Shown in pieces: positions 14,130 to 28,400 of a stretch of DNA of 64,000 nucleotides. The stretch covers positions 18,104,001 through 18,168,000 of the forward strand of contig CM022669.1 in NCBI GenBank assembly GCA_012295275.1. Reading direction: 5' to 3'. A program made the translations under genes and the position numbers. The stretch is from Chrysomallon squamiferum (lineage: Eukaryota; Animalia; Mollusca). A model generated the notes under the pieces. That model made no database searches. It was given only the letters and a program-made list of their open reading frames with translations, and was not told where the DNA came from. The first letter of the stretch is position 1; each line of letters begins with the position of its first letter.

Positions 14130-14380
14130 TTCGATACTTACGTCATACGTCACCATAGTTTTGTAGGTGGCATCAAAATGGCGGATAAAACTAGATGCTT
14201 ATCGTAAGTTGTTTCCTTTTAATAACAGAGATATAATAGTAGTAGTTGTAGATCATCAGCTGATAGAATATTTGGGGGAATTATATTTTTGGTAAATAAA
14301 TATTTTCACAAATTGATAATCATACTGTAACGACTGTAAAGTATTTACTTTGGTTTAGAAATAAACAGGAAGTCGGTCAT
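14130..14380. promoter_or_regulatory. Bidirectional promoter and first exons shared by the uncharacterised gene (-) and the kinesin gene (+)
   Basis: CpG-containing patch; minus-strand donor GTAAGT at 14141 and plus-strand donor GTAAGT at 14204; YY1-like AAAATGGCGG at 14175-14184; ETS-like CAGGAAGT near 14367. Confidence 0.6.
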
Positions 14381-14412
14381 ATTTGAAAAAATAAATATTA
14401 AATAAATTGAGT

Positions 14413-14449
<37 letters not shown>

Positions 14450-14652
14450 GTTTTAATAAATAAGTAAAATACATGGACACATTTTTCTCGTTACATTTAA
14501 ACTGCTGGCAGCTGGGTTCAAAATAAAGTATCCACGTATAACATTTTGAAAAAGAGAACTAATGCATTTTTCGTTTTGACTGTTTTTAAATTATTTATTA
14601 TTTTTATTACTTTTATTGTAGTAAATATTAAGATAAAAGAAAATCTGCAAAT

Positions 14653-17600
14653 ATGGCCTCCAGAGAAAAAATAAAGAAGAAGAAATTGCCAAAAGTAGCA
14701 CCAAGCACAAAAACAAAAAAGGAAACCATTGTTGAAACACCATTAAAACCCCAAGAAGGTAAACTATTTAAAAAAAAAAAAATATATATATATATATAAT
14801 ATTTATGAGATATTAAAATAGTTTAAACATATTGTTTAAGGCTTTTTGTTCACTAGCACATAAACATCCATACATTCATATAAACATAATAAACTAAAAC
14901 AAATTTGGTGAAAAAATTAAATAAAAACAAATTTACTTTAGATATGTTATTTATTTATTGTCTTGTGTATAATATATAATTTATTATTTAAAAAATAAAT
15001 GTTGTTACAGAAATAAAACCACCACTGAAAGTTATTACAGCACCAGAAGAAAATATTTTGGATTCAACAGAAAAGGTAACATTTTAAAAAGATTCTGTAA
15101 TTGCCTTTTTACTCATCGCTTTGAGTTTTTTTTATACACAACGAAGATGGTAATATATACATCATCCTTAACTAACACATAAAAACAAAAACACATTTTG
15201 AAACATACACACATACACACACACACATACCTATGCATAGCAAGATAGACACATAAAGTAAATATGAAAACATTTGTGACTTTATTTTCCTAATGTTAAA
15301 TTTGATTTTATTAAAAAAGGATAATGACACAACAGATGAATTGACAGTCAAGTACAAGAAAGCGAAGAAACGAAGTAGATCAAAAGAAAAAGGGACCAGA
15401 GAGGTGGAAAGTGAAAGCAAGAAAGAAGATACAGAATCTAAAGAATCTAAAGAAATTATTTCAGCTTCTGAAATCACACCGAAAGAAAAACATCGAAGCT
15501 CTTCTCCCTTTGGAAGGAATTCTGTCGAACCCATTGATGATGACCCGTCCACTCAGGCAGGAACCTCAAACCAAATGGGAAGTTCTTCATCTGTTAGAGG
15601 TATATAAATATATTTTATGTTTTACTTATATCTAAAGGTTTCAAATTAATAGTATTGTAATTAAGATAACAAACTAATAACATTATATAAATATATTTTA
15701 TGTTTTACTTATATCTAAAGGTTTCAAATTAATAGTATTGTAATTAAGATAACAAACTAATAACATACAGATGCTATACAAACAAAAAAATTCAATAATT
15801 TTATGATTAAAAAACTGAAAACATATCTGATAGATTCAGTGTTGTCAAATATTACTGTAAATGTAATGTTTGATTAGAAATATTAAATTCACTGCAAAAT
15901 GTAGTATATATTAATTAAAAACAAATGTGGATCTTTTTAGTTTTAAATATAGTATGTATGATTGTTTTGACTTTTATTGGCTCAATTATTTTAATTATTA
16001 TTAATTTAATTTGAGGTTTAAACATTACATTTATTATTATTTTATATTTATTATTTTTTGTTTAGAAGCATGGACGGATCGAAGTGAAACTGGAACTCCA
16101 GTAGAGAAAAAGAAATCAAGTAGGTTTAATTATGTCTAGTTTATAAGTTAAAAGTAGAAACCAATTTAAATTATATAATATTAAACTGAATGCCACTATT
16201 TTAATGTGCAGATTTTGAATATTTTAATTATTAAAAATAATGATACAAAAGTCTTTTAATGGAAACAGATATTAATAAAAATTATAATTAAGATTGTGAT
16301 AATAGATTTGGTTCAAAGAAATGACAATGAAAAATAACATGGTTGCTTACATTTTGATTATGCCCATCAATATGTATTTATTAAGCTAAAAAATATATAT
16401 ATATATTTTTAGTTTTCTTACCAATTTTAAAATTTTAATTTTTTTTTTGGTTTAGTTAGATATTTTCATTATCCAAAGAATATAAAAGTAACAACATAAT
16501 AAATTAATTGTTAACTGTTTATGAAATAAAAATAAATAAGTTTAACATTTTTCTGTTCTGTTTAAGGACCATCAAGTGCAGTTAGTATTCGATCTTCCAT
16601 TTCTGTAGTCAGTCACATTGATAAGAATAAACAACAAGACTTTGGTAAGTTGATAACCTTCCATCCCTTAAAAAACACTCATACTTATAGATGCATTTAT
16701 ATAGTTTATTTATAAGTTTATAATTATGGACAGTATAAAGAAAAAGATATACAGAATTAATAAATCTTCAAAGTTTGGACCTTAAATGTAATAAAAGAAA
16801 CAACTAAAAATTAAAAAATATATCCTGTTTTTCAACAATTTCATCCATGTTAAATCATAATAGTGTGATTTAGCTCAACTGCTTTTACCTAGAAATTTAC
16901 TGATTTTTTCCCAAAAATAACTTCAGGTTCACGATTGTAGTCAAAATATATATTTTTGCTTTTAATTGTAACCAGCTTTTACTTTGTAGATTTCTTACAT
17001 AAACAGAAACAACTAAAAATTGAAAAATATATCCTGTTTTTCAACAATTTCATCCATGTTAAATCATAATAGTGTGATTTAGCTCAACTGCTTTTACCTA
17101 GAAATTTACAGATTTTTTCCCAAAAATAACTTCAGGTTCACGATTGTAGTCAAAATATATATTTTTGCTTTTAATTGTAACCAGCTTTTACTTTGTAGAT
17201 TTCTTACATAAATTGATTATTAATTACTGAAAAACTGGAAAAATAATGAAATTATTCCACTCTTTCACGTTTTATTCAGACACTGTCAGTGTGAAGTCTG
17301 CTGGTACTCTTGAGCGTGAAGAAAAAGAAAGACATGCATACATACCTTACCTGTATGCAAAGGGATATCTGGCTCATGTGGTAGATGACATGAAAGCCAT
17401 GAAGACTAATCACATCCGAATTGTGTACGGTATTGAGTCACATTACAAGGCAATTGAAGATGAGACCCAGGTTTGGCGAAATTAATAATTAAATACAAAG
17501 ATAATTGATGATAGAGCAAAATAAAAATAGATAATTGATATTCTTAAGATGATCAGAAAAATATTAATTGTTACATTAAAAAAGCACAATAAGTTTAAAA

Positions 17601-20600
17601 TTAACTATTTAAAATGTACCAAATAACAAAATAAAAAACAAAACAAAAACAAACCAAAAAAACACAAAAAAACAACAACAACAAAATCGTCACAACTTTC
17701 AGTTTAAAAACAGTAATAATATAAAAAAAGATATAAGTCTGTACTAAGTTTTTGGTTACTAATTACCTAGAACCACTGATTTATTTCATATTTCAGAAAT
17801 TGAATTGTTTTGAATTTATTTTGTTTCTGTAAAACGTAAGTGAGTAAATAAATGAACACAATAAAATGATGATGATTTCAATTAAGATTAGATAAATAAT
17901 TCAATTACTAATTTTAATTCTAAATTTTTAGTTTGAATCACTTATTTATATCTGAACTGTTTGTGTTTCAGTCACAGTTTAACAACTTTGTCATCTATTT
18001 ACGACGTCAGTATTCTGACAAAGTGGATACTTTCAGAAAGGTCATAGACATTCACAGACATGAACTGGAAAAGAAAGAAAATTATTACAAAGAACTTATT
18101 AATGTATGTATACATCTTATTTTACATATTTTAAATATAAAAATTTCATAGCTTTCAGTAAATGATTTATAACTTGTAAATATATATATATGTTTTTTTC
18201 ATATTTTAGTTACTTATTTGTAAAAATTTCATGCCTTTCAGTAAATTATTTATAATTTGTAAATATATGTATACCTTGTTTTTTATTCAACTTACTGTAT
18301 TTGTAAAAATTTCATATCTGTTGGTTAACTATTACAAATAACATATTAATGTGTGCATTTTCCTATTGTAGTTTAAATATATTTTTTCTAAATACTTTTA
18401 TCTTCTTGTAAATTATGACCAAAACTTATTAATTGTAGATATTTCTGTTATGAATTTTTATTTTCTTTATTAAATTTTTGTTTTTAACTTATAATCAATT
18501 ATTACAAAAAATGTATTAATGAATTATTAAATTCATAAAAATTAAATTTTATTATGAAATAAATCATTGATGTAAATATATTAGCTTTACCTTACATGTT
18601 TTCTCTTTATTTTATTTTATTCATGTTTGTTTGATTTTCTTTATTTTAAAACAGAGTTTAATTGAAAGAAACAAACGCTTGCTGCAGGATAAGAAAATGT
18701 TACTGGTGAAGAACAAAGTGGAAATAGAACGTCTGGAAAAAGAGAAGGTGCATACCAAATAGTCTTATTCATTAATAATTTAAATCTAATTCATTATGTT
18801 TTAAATTGTTTTTAATTTAATTGAGACTATAAAAATAAGCTATATGAGTGTGTGTATAAGTTCATGCACATGTGTGTGTGTGTGTTTATAAATATATATT
18901 TTTTTTATTTTTATTTATAATTAATGTTTAATATTGATATAAATAATCAAAATTATACATGCAAAAGATATAGGTACTACAGTGTTACAAATTGTTAAAT
19001 TATTTTTATGTTAGTCATTTGAAATTATTCTATCCGGAAGCATGGATAAAATAGCTTGAAAATTTAAAAAAACATTAGTAGTTTTACCTAGAACTTTTAA
19101 ACTTTTTCTAATGTTTACTGAATCTGTAGGTAGAAGTATCAAAACAGATGGCTGTATTGATGGACAGGGCAACTGCTTCAGCAACCACAGGTATGAAAAT
19201 ATGAACACAATATTAAATGATATAATATTAAATTAAAATTTTGATGAGGTCCTAAATATGTTTTTAATTAAACTACTTAAAAAACAGAAAGAAAAAAATA
19301 AATCCCCAAATTTGTCATCCTTGTTATAAATAATAATATATAATTATTAAAATTATTATACTAATGATAATAAAGACTGGCTTTACTATTATTAGTGAAA
19401 TAAAATTTTAGAATAATACTAACAAATAAAGCATATAATATAATAATATATGCAGTCATATTTATTTTTATTAAAATTTGTTGTTTATTCCTTTTCCCAA
19501 CAGTGGAAAAAGACCTGGAGTCTAAAGTTGAACAGCTTGAGAAAGAAAGACAGGTAAAAAATTTGAATAGCAATTTTTAAAACAATAGTATGTTTTATAT
19601 TTTTTTACTTTATGTTAATATTTTTTTAATTTGTTGAATTAAAAAATACATATTTGTGTGTTGTTTATTTTCAGTATTTTGAGTAATATTCAGTTTCAGT
19701 ACCATCAACTTAATAGGGAATTAGTACAATAATTAATCCTTTGTATTATTTTACATACTCACATTTTCACTCATATATTTATCTGGTTTTTAGACACTGT
19801 TAGAACAGAAAACACAACTGCAAGTGCTGCTCACCGAGAAGGATGAGAAAATGCTGGAACTGCAAAAAACTGTATCTGTACCCACTGTAGTACCAGTTCC
19901 AATAATCAAAGAAACCAAGGAGACAGTGTCAGCTGAAAAGAAAAGTGAAACAACTTCAGCTGTTTTGGTCGGTGCTGCTGTTGTGGGCAAAGAAGAAAGT
20001 AAAAGACAAGAAGAGGAGAGACACGAAATGGAGAATGAGAGAGAAAAGTTGACTGAAGAAAGACAACTCATGGTGGAAAGCCGAAAGACATTTGATGAAG
20101 AGAGAAAAACCTGGATGGATGAGATTGCCAAATTACAGGAACAAGTTGCCCAACTTACAAAGGTTATTCGGACTTTTTTTTTTTTTTTTCAAATAAATAA
20201 GATTATTTTAGTAATATTATTTTTCTAAGAGTAAATGGATTTTGTCAAATTAAAAGATATTAAAAAAAAAAATTATTATTATTATTAAAGTAATTTTTGT
20301 CAAAGTATAATTATATATAGTTTGTTGATGTATTAATTTTAATAATTGTTTTACATTATGTGTTTTACCTTATATATAAACTTCTTTCAGATTTATAAAC
20401 AAATCATAGATTATTGTTGACTGTAATATTTAATTCTTTATCACATTACTAATAATATTTGTAATGTTAACTGATATGTTACATTTACTTTTGCTTACTT
20501 CTAGAATGCATTTCTTTCATAAATTAAAAAAAAAAAAAAAAATCAAGAAAAATATTTGATTGATTTTCTCATGTGTTTAAGGAATCAGCTGGTTGGAAGG

Positions 20601-22359
20601 CTAGCTTTGAGAGTCTGAAATCTCAGTCAGAAGACAGTGCCACACTCAGATCCAAGTATCAGATTTTAGAAGATCAGTACAAGGCTTTGACTCTTGTAGT
20701 AGCAGCATCAGATGTCTCCAAGACAGTGGCAGAGGTATTTTCACTCATTTTAGAATTAAAATACAGCTACGAAACAAACTTTTGTGTTATAGTAACATTC
20801 AGAGTCATTAGTTTATGTGGAAATATACATTCAGAACATTTAAGCATCATTCCAGAAATAATACTTAGTTTACCCATAATTATTTTGTGTTTGTGTCTAT
20901 ATGAATATGTTTTTATATAGAGCACAGTCTTTTTCACTAAACAGAATATAATTACAATATAATACATAAAAAAGATAATAAATACAATAAAACAAAAAGA
21001 CTTAAATTAAAATTCATTGATGGTTCAGGTGAGTGTGTTTATAAACCAAATAGTTCCGGCTAAGTTGTGATCATGAACTTATATTTCTATCTGTTTGTAA
21101 CAAAATAATCAAAATTGTGTCAGAACTATAACTGGAAGCTTTATTTACAGGAGAATATGATTAAAGTGAAAGAAGAAAAGAAGATGATGGATGAAGAGAA
21201 GCAACGTCTGGAAAAGGAAATAAAGAAATGGGAAGCAAATTTCAAGAAGAAGAATGGACGAGAACCTACAGAAGATGACAAGTAAATTTTATTTATTGTT
21301 TTATCAAATACAAATAAATGAAAATATTTTTATTTATTTGAGTTTCCTGTTTCTCAATCTGAAAATACCTGTTTTATATTTAAATGAAAAATCTGTGCAG
21401 AAATACATTATCTCAATATACTTTTATTACTTTATACTTACAGTAATGTAATAATAATTTCTACTTTTGGCAATTTTTTTTTTTTCAGGCCTGATTCTGC
21501 AAAAGAAATCTATACACAGATGGGTGAGGTGGAGACAATGGTTTCCTCCCTTGATAACAAGATCAATACCCTGGAACATGTGAAGAGTGGTGATGTTCCC
21601 CCACCCCCAACTGTTGCTCCTGTACCAATAACAATCTCTGAACCTAAAATTGTTGAGGTAAACTTTTCCTTGTTATTATATATTATTATTACTATATTTG
21701 TATGTCTGTAGTTTTCTCTTTCTGTTTGTATATGTTTTTTACTCATTTATTTTTATTTTTGTTCCTGCTTTTTTTCTCACTGTTTTTCTCAACCTCTCTC
21801 TTTCTCTTTCTCTCTGTCTCTGACTTTGTCTCTCTTTTTCTGTGTTTGTGTGTGTGTGAATGTGAGTTTGTATGTTTGTGTGAGTCTGTCAGCATGTTTC
21901 AGTTTAAAATATTCTTTTTTCACATCAGTGTAAAGAAAATTTTATGAATGTGAAATCATTTTTCTTTTGTGGGTAGGTTTTTGGACCAGTTATACTATTT
22001 ACATAAATTAATTTTTGTTACAAACATTTTCAGGTTCAAGTTCCTGATCCCACTGTGCTGGCAGCATTGGAGAAGAATCAGGCAGAGTTGTCTGCTCTTC
22101 AGCAGCAGATATTGAATATTCAACAAGAGAAATCTGATCTTCACACAAAGATCAGCGAGTTAAATTCTGAACTCTCAACCAGCAGTCAACGCATCAGTGA
22201 ATTAGAATCACAGTTATCTAACTTGCCTCAACCAGGAGATTCTGTTGATTCAGCTCTTATTGTGGCTACACAACAGGTGAGAAAGTTAATTAAAAATAAT
22301 TTTTATTTTTATTATTTTAACAGTCTACTTACTCATCATAGGTTTTAAATATGAAAATA

Positions 22360-22412
<53 letters not shown>

Positions 22413-25400
22413 CATGTCAAATAATCAGAGAGGAAAGCTGTGGGTTACTTTTTTAAGTTAGGTGCAAGAGATCTTTCATATGCACCTTTCCATAGACAGG
22501 AAAGCAAATATGGAAAGAAAACCTTTGATAAACCAACCATTTTGTTTTAATCTGAAATAGTTAGCAGTTTTAAGCATAATGAAATAATAAAAATATGAAA
22601 TGAAGCATAAAATTAACTCACTTTTTGAAATTAATTATTGCTTTTCTAAAGCAAAATATCAGTTTGAAATGAATCAGAAATTATTTTTTGTCAACTTTTT
22701 GAGAGATTTAAAAAAAATCTTTTTGCAGTCTGATGGAAAGATTGCAGAAATGAGTACCCAGTTACAAGAAAAGGACAATGTAAGTTGAAATTAGAGGCTG
22801 AAGATTCCTAATTCTGAAAAACATAACTTTTTCTCAGCAGCAGAAATAGCGATATTTTACAGTTTTCAGACTGTTTTGTGTATACAAACTTTATTTTATA
22901 TAAAAAAAACCAGTGTTTTATAAAACAAAAATCTGCAGGTTTTCTGTATAAGGTCTGTATAAAACACAAATGTAATTCATGTTTAGACTTATATCATGAA
23001 ACCCAAAATACTTCTGTTCCCAAGAATTTCATATAAGGGATTCCTAACCTGTATAAAATTTTGTAAACCTTGTTTAATAAAAGCTCAAACGAGCTATGAA
23101 TTATTGTGTAATTATGTCTGTGTATGTTGTGTATGTGTCTGCATTCATTGATATATGTGTATTTGATCACAAATTAGTTCAACAAACAAGAACAGTTTTA
23201 TAGTTATAAAGAAAAGATATATACTTCATTAATTTTTAATATTGTTTTTTATTTATATTTTCAACATAAGGAGTTGGAACGACTTCGCAAACAGAACTTG
23301 GAAATGCAAAAAGACATGAAGAAAATGATTCGCAGATATGAGAAAGTTCAAGGAAAACTGAAGAACTTTGATGACTTTAAACAATCACAGATATTGCTGG
23401 AAATTGTTGTTGCTTTGGTAATTATATTTTTCTTTTAGTTCCTTTTTTCATTATTTCATTAAAAGAATGGAGAATGATATATTAATAAAAGTAAATTACT
23501 ATTTGGATAGTCAGTAACATGAATAGAATTATTTAACAATTTGTTTAGTTAAACGATGCTTTAACAGAAAATAACAACCTCCAATATTTTATAATTTGAA
23601 AAAAGTTTATTATTGTTATTATTTCTTACTGGTTTTTAAAATTATTTTTTTTAAATTTAGTTTATTGTAATTTTAAAATAAAATTTTATCTTTTTTTTAA
23701 ATTTATTTTTTAAAATTGTTAAATTTAATTTTAAAATGTAAGGATTATTTAAATTTTTAAAACATTTATCTCTCTAAAGTATTAATTCTTACCACATTAT
23801 AATAAATATTGCTGTTTTACCTTTTCCTGTGCAAAAAGTATTAAATTTAATGAAATTTATTTTCACACAGGCACATGAAGTTCACAGGGAAGTATCCGAA
23901 GCAGCAGATAATGTAGACAACCGTCAGATGATTGTAAGTGAGGAGTTATCCAAGGTGAAAGAAAACAAGTCAAAAGTACAGAAAAACATCGACAACTGGC
24001 AGCTGAAGTTCAAGAAAAAACACAAACGGGATCCTTCAGAAACAGACAGGTGATTATTATGTTTTATTTCAAAATTTTACTCTTTTTTTTAAAATGATTT
24101 TGAAAATATTTTTATAATTATAATAATGATGATGAGAAGAAGAAAAACAACAGAATGATAATAATAGAAGTAATAAGGATTACAAAATGTTTTTTATTTG
24201 TCTTTTTAATGTTTTTGAAATCTTATTGGCTATGAATATTTGTTTTCCATAATGTTTTCCTTTACTGTTATTTCAACCATTTATTTACATTTTATAAATC
24301 TTTATTCTTTTTAATATAATAATTTAACTAAACAATTTAACTAAATGGAAAGATTGGAATTTTTTTTTTTTTTTCAATAATAAATTCTTCATACTAAAAG
24401 TTATAAATTCATTTTTTCAACAAAACAATTATCATTTAACATAATTTTATCAATGGAGGTCTCTTGGGAAGTGCATGAAAACTGTTATTTCTTACAATAT
24501 TAAAATAATTCATTATCTGAGTATGGCTTTTCAGAGATGAAGAAGTTACTAAGCTGTACAAGACACTGGATGACTTGACTCAAGAACATGATGACAAGAA
24601 CTTGAAACTCCAGGCTCTGAATCTACTTCAGACTGGTCTTGTCACAAGCAGAGAGATGAAACAGCTAAGACGAGCTTCAATCCAGATCGGAGTCACACCC
24701 ACGGAAGGTTGGTCACTTTTTATTTTAAATATCAAACTGTCATTTTGTATCATAGTAAAGTAAAGGTTTGAATATTATTATGATTATATTTTTTTTTTTC
24801 TTGAATTTTGAATTGTTTTCATTCTTTTCTTTTGATCTGTCATTTTATATCATAGATTTAGAATTTTTTTGCTTCATGAGGTATACGTTTCTTCTTTCTT
24901 TCAGTCTTTCTTTTTCTCAGGAATACTTTACCTTGTTATTATCTTCATATGTTTTTTTATTAATATTTTTTTACTTTTTATTTAAAATGGACTTTTGAAA
25001 AATATCTATTATTATTAAATATATTAAAATAAAAAATTATTGTTTCTCCTTTTTATCAATTAAGAAAGTTAAACTAATAACAAAATGTCTTTAAAAATTC
25101 ATTAATGCAGGAAAAGTAAAACTGAAAAAAAGGAATTATTTTATGTTTGTACTTAGCATCTCATTATTCAATATTTTTTTAATAAACAGAGGTAGATCAC
25201 CAGTTAAGTGCCTTAGATGACAAAGTAATTGATTTGGAAAGTGAAAATGATTCTCTGAAGGAAAACAAACAGAGGCTTGAGGATAAAGTGAAGGTAGGTT
25301 TGAATATTATGATGATTATGTTTTTACATTTTGTGTTGATGTTTTTCATTCTGTTTATTTTCTTTTGATCTGTTTATTCAGAAATACCAGAGCATAAATA

Positions 25401-28400
25401 TATAATAATAAGAAGAAGAATAAGAATAAGAATAATATGAATGATAACAATAATAACATAAATAAATAAATAAATAAATAAAATATATATTAGAAAAGCA
25501 CACTTACAGGGACTTCATTTCTTAAAATGGTTAAATATTTAAACATTGCAATAGTTATTTTTACCATCCTTTGTTCCAATTGATTTTCAGACACTTGAAG
25601 AAAACATCAGAGACTTGCAGGAAAAGATAGCTGCAGGAATTCATGCAGAAGCTGCAGTTCAGGAATCAAAGGTAAATAATAATTTTATATATTTTACTTC
25701 ATAATTAACTATCTTCCATATAATATAGGTAAATAAACACACTTGTCTTCTACAGTACATTTAATTTTTGATCTTATGTAATTGGTATCTGCTTTGTTTG
25801 TTGTTGTTGTTTTTTTAAATTAATAAGTAATTATATAAGTGAAAGGAAAAAATGAAACAAAAAATATTTGTTATTTCTAAAATAAATGTAAAATGGTAAT
25901 AATTAAGTAAGTTGAAAAGTCTTTCATACAGAGAACTGGTTTTCAAAACATTTAATACTGCTGTTCTGAATGCTTGGAATTGGTTTTCATTTGGTTTAAT
26001 CCCTTAACATTATGTTTGAAATGAGATTTTCATTTTAAAAATGCATACAATTTATTTATGTCTGTCTTTATTTAGGATGTATCGGCTGAAGTGAGTTCTC
26101 TACAGCAGGAAATTGACAACCTGAATGCCAATCTTCGTAAAATTGAGTTTGAACTAGACCAGACGAGAGATGAACGAGATGAAGCTAAAACACAAGTGGT
26201 TACAGTGAATGAACAACTTGCTAACGAAAGAACAGAGCTTGAGGGAAAAATCAACAAGTTCAAGAAGATGCTTGAAGCTAAAGTGAAATCTCTGGAAGAG
26301 GTAAAACAAATTTAAAATATCCATATTTTGAGTCTTTCAGGATGGTAAGAATAGAAATACCTGTAAAATTAATCATGTTTATTTCATGATGCTTTAACAT
26401 TAACTGAAAATGTTACTGTTATTTTATTATTATTAATTTTTCCATTCATTTTCTTTTTTTTAAATATATTAAAAAAACAAATTTCATCCAATAATTTTAA
26501 AATTCATAAGGATGTAATTTTTAAAATGAGAACAAAATTAAAATTTCTCCAAAATTTTATTTTTAAGTTATTATTATTTTTTTCAATAAATGCATAAATC
26601 TAAAGATAATTTATTTTTAAAATCAAAAGTGATAATTTTGTTTTCTTTCATATTATTTTTGTTTTTTTAGGAATTGGCAAGTACAAGAAAGAGACTGGAA
26701 GAAGTAGAAGCAGCAAGACTGTCTAATGTTCCAGTGGATACAGCCAAAGAGATTAAAAATCTACAGAAGAAAATTGTAAGTACACTGTATATTTATTTAT
26801 TTTAATTATACTTTTTTATTAGTTTATTTGTTATTATTTATTTGTTGTTGTTGTTGTTATTTTTTTTTTTATTTTTTTTTTTTTTTTGATCATTTATTTG
26901 TTATTAATAATTTATTGTTATTTTTATTTATTTATTTATTTATATTTGGTTTTTCTTTAATTTAAAACAGAATTTCCTATTCATGAATTTTATATAAATA
27001 TTTTTTACAATTTTTAAAATTATTTTGTTTTTAAACATATCTGAAATTATTTACATATATAAGTATTAAATATTATCTATATGGGTTATCTGTTGCAATA
27101 CTTTTTGTGTCTTTTATAAAATTTTAAATTAACTTTAAACTTTTTTAAACTCTCCTCTCAGCATCTTCTGGAGAAAGAAAAGAGTGGTTCAGGGACAACG
27201 ACTGCTGGTCTCCAGGCTCAGATATCAGAACTGGAAAACAAGCTGATTGTTGTGAACAAACATCTTGAAACTCAAAAGAATGCCAATAAGGAACTGGAGG
27301 TATTTTATATATTTTTATTTTTACTGGTTTTTGTTTGTTTTTTTAGATATTTTATTTTTATTGGTTTTGTTTGTAATTAACAAAAATGTGAAGTTCATAT
27401 TTATTGGAAAATAATTTATGTTTTTTTTTTTTAACTTTTGAATTGATTAATAATGATGATGATGATAATATATTTTTATTTTTGTTTATTCTGTAATTTT
27501 GTTTAAGGTTAAAGTGAAAACAACAAAAGCTGAGAAGGAAAAGGCAATCCGAGATATGACAAACCAGTTACAGAAGAAAGAACAGCAAAGGGCAATACTG
27601 GAAACTAAGGTAAGTAATTTATTTTTACCTTAATATTTTAGTTTTGTTTTAAATGATTCTTAGCTAACGAAAATAAAAAAAAATGAATTAAAAACATAAA
27701 TATCCTTCATGAACATTAATGCTGAAATTTTTACCCTTTAAAAATACACCAGATAGTTAATTTTCTAATTTCATGTTTTTTTACTGATATTTAATGTACT
27801 ATTGAGATTTTTTATACCTTCCTTTTTTTTTTTTCATTTCAGCTAATGAATGTTGACATTGCAAAGCATAAAGTAAGTTTTTCACCAAAATGCCAATAAT
27901 TAATTTCATGTTAATTTGAATTAATTTAATCTGAAAATTATCATTAACTTCATGTATTATTTACAAAAACAGCACAGTTTATAAACTTTGTTGTATATAT
28001 AAAATAAAGTTAGCTTTATGTTTAATATCAGATTAATTTAAGGTTATTTTGTCTTGTATTATTTTTGCTAAAATTTGACGGCCTTCAGTTTTATTTATGT
28101 TTTTATTTTTATTCTTTTGTGACAGGAAGGTCAGGCAGTTGTAATACCTGTAAGTTGTCATGCAGAATTTAATATAATATTTGCATTGGCAAATATTAGT
28201 TTTATTTCTGCTTCTAACAAAGAAAAATGCTAATGTCGTATTATATACGACTTGACTTAACTCTCTGATTCTTACAAAGAAAATGCTAATGACTTAAACT
28301 ATCTCTGTCTGCTTTTTACAAAGAATAATGCTTTGTTTTATAATATATCTTTTGATCTATTTCTCTGCTTTTTACAAAGAAAAATTCTAGTGACTACATA

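Noticed and set aside
15172-20131. Minus-strand Ser/Leu/Phe-rich ORFs (15172-15552, 19790-20131 and similar)
   Set aside because: Antisense shadows of Glu/Lys-rich kinesin exons.
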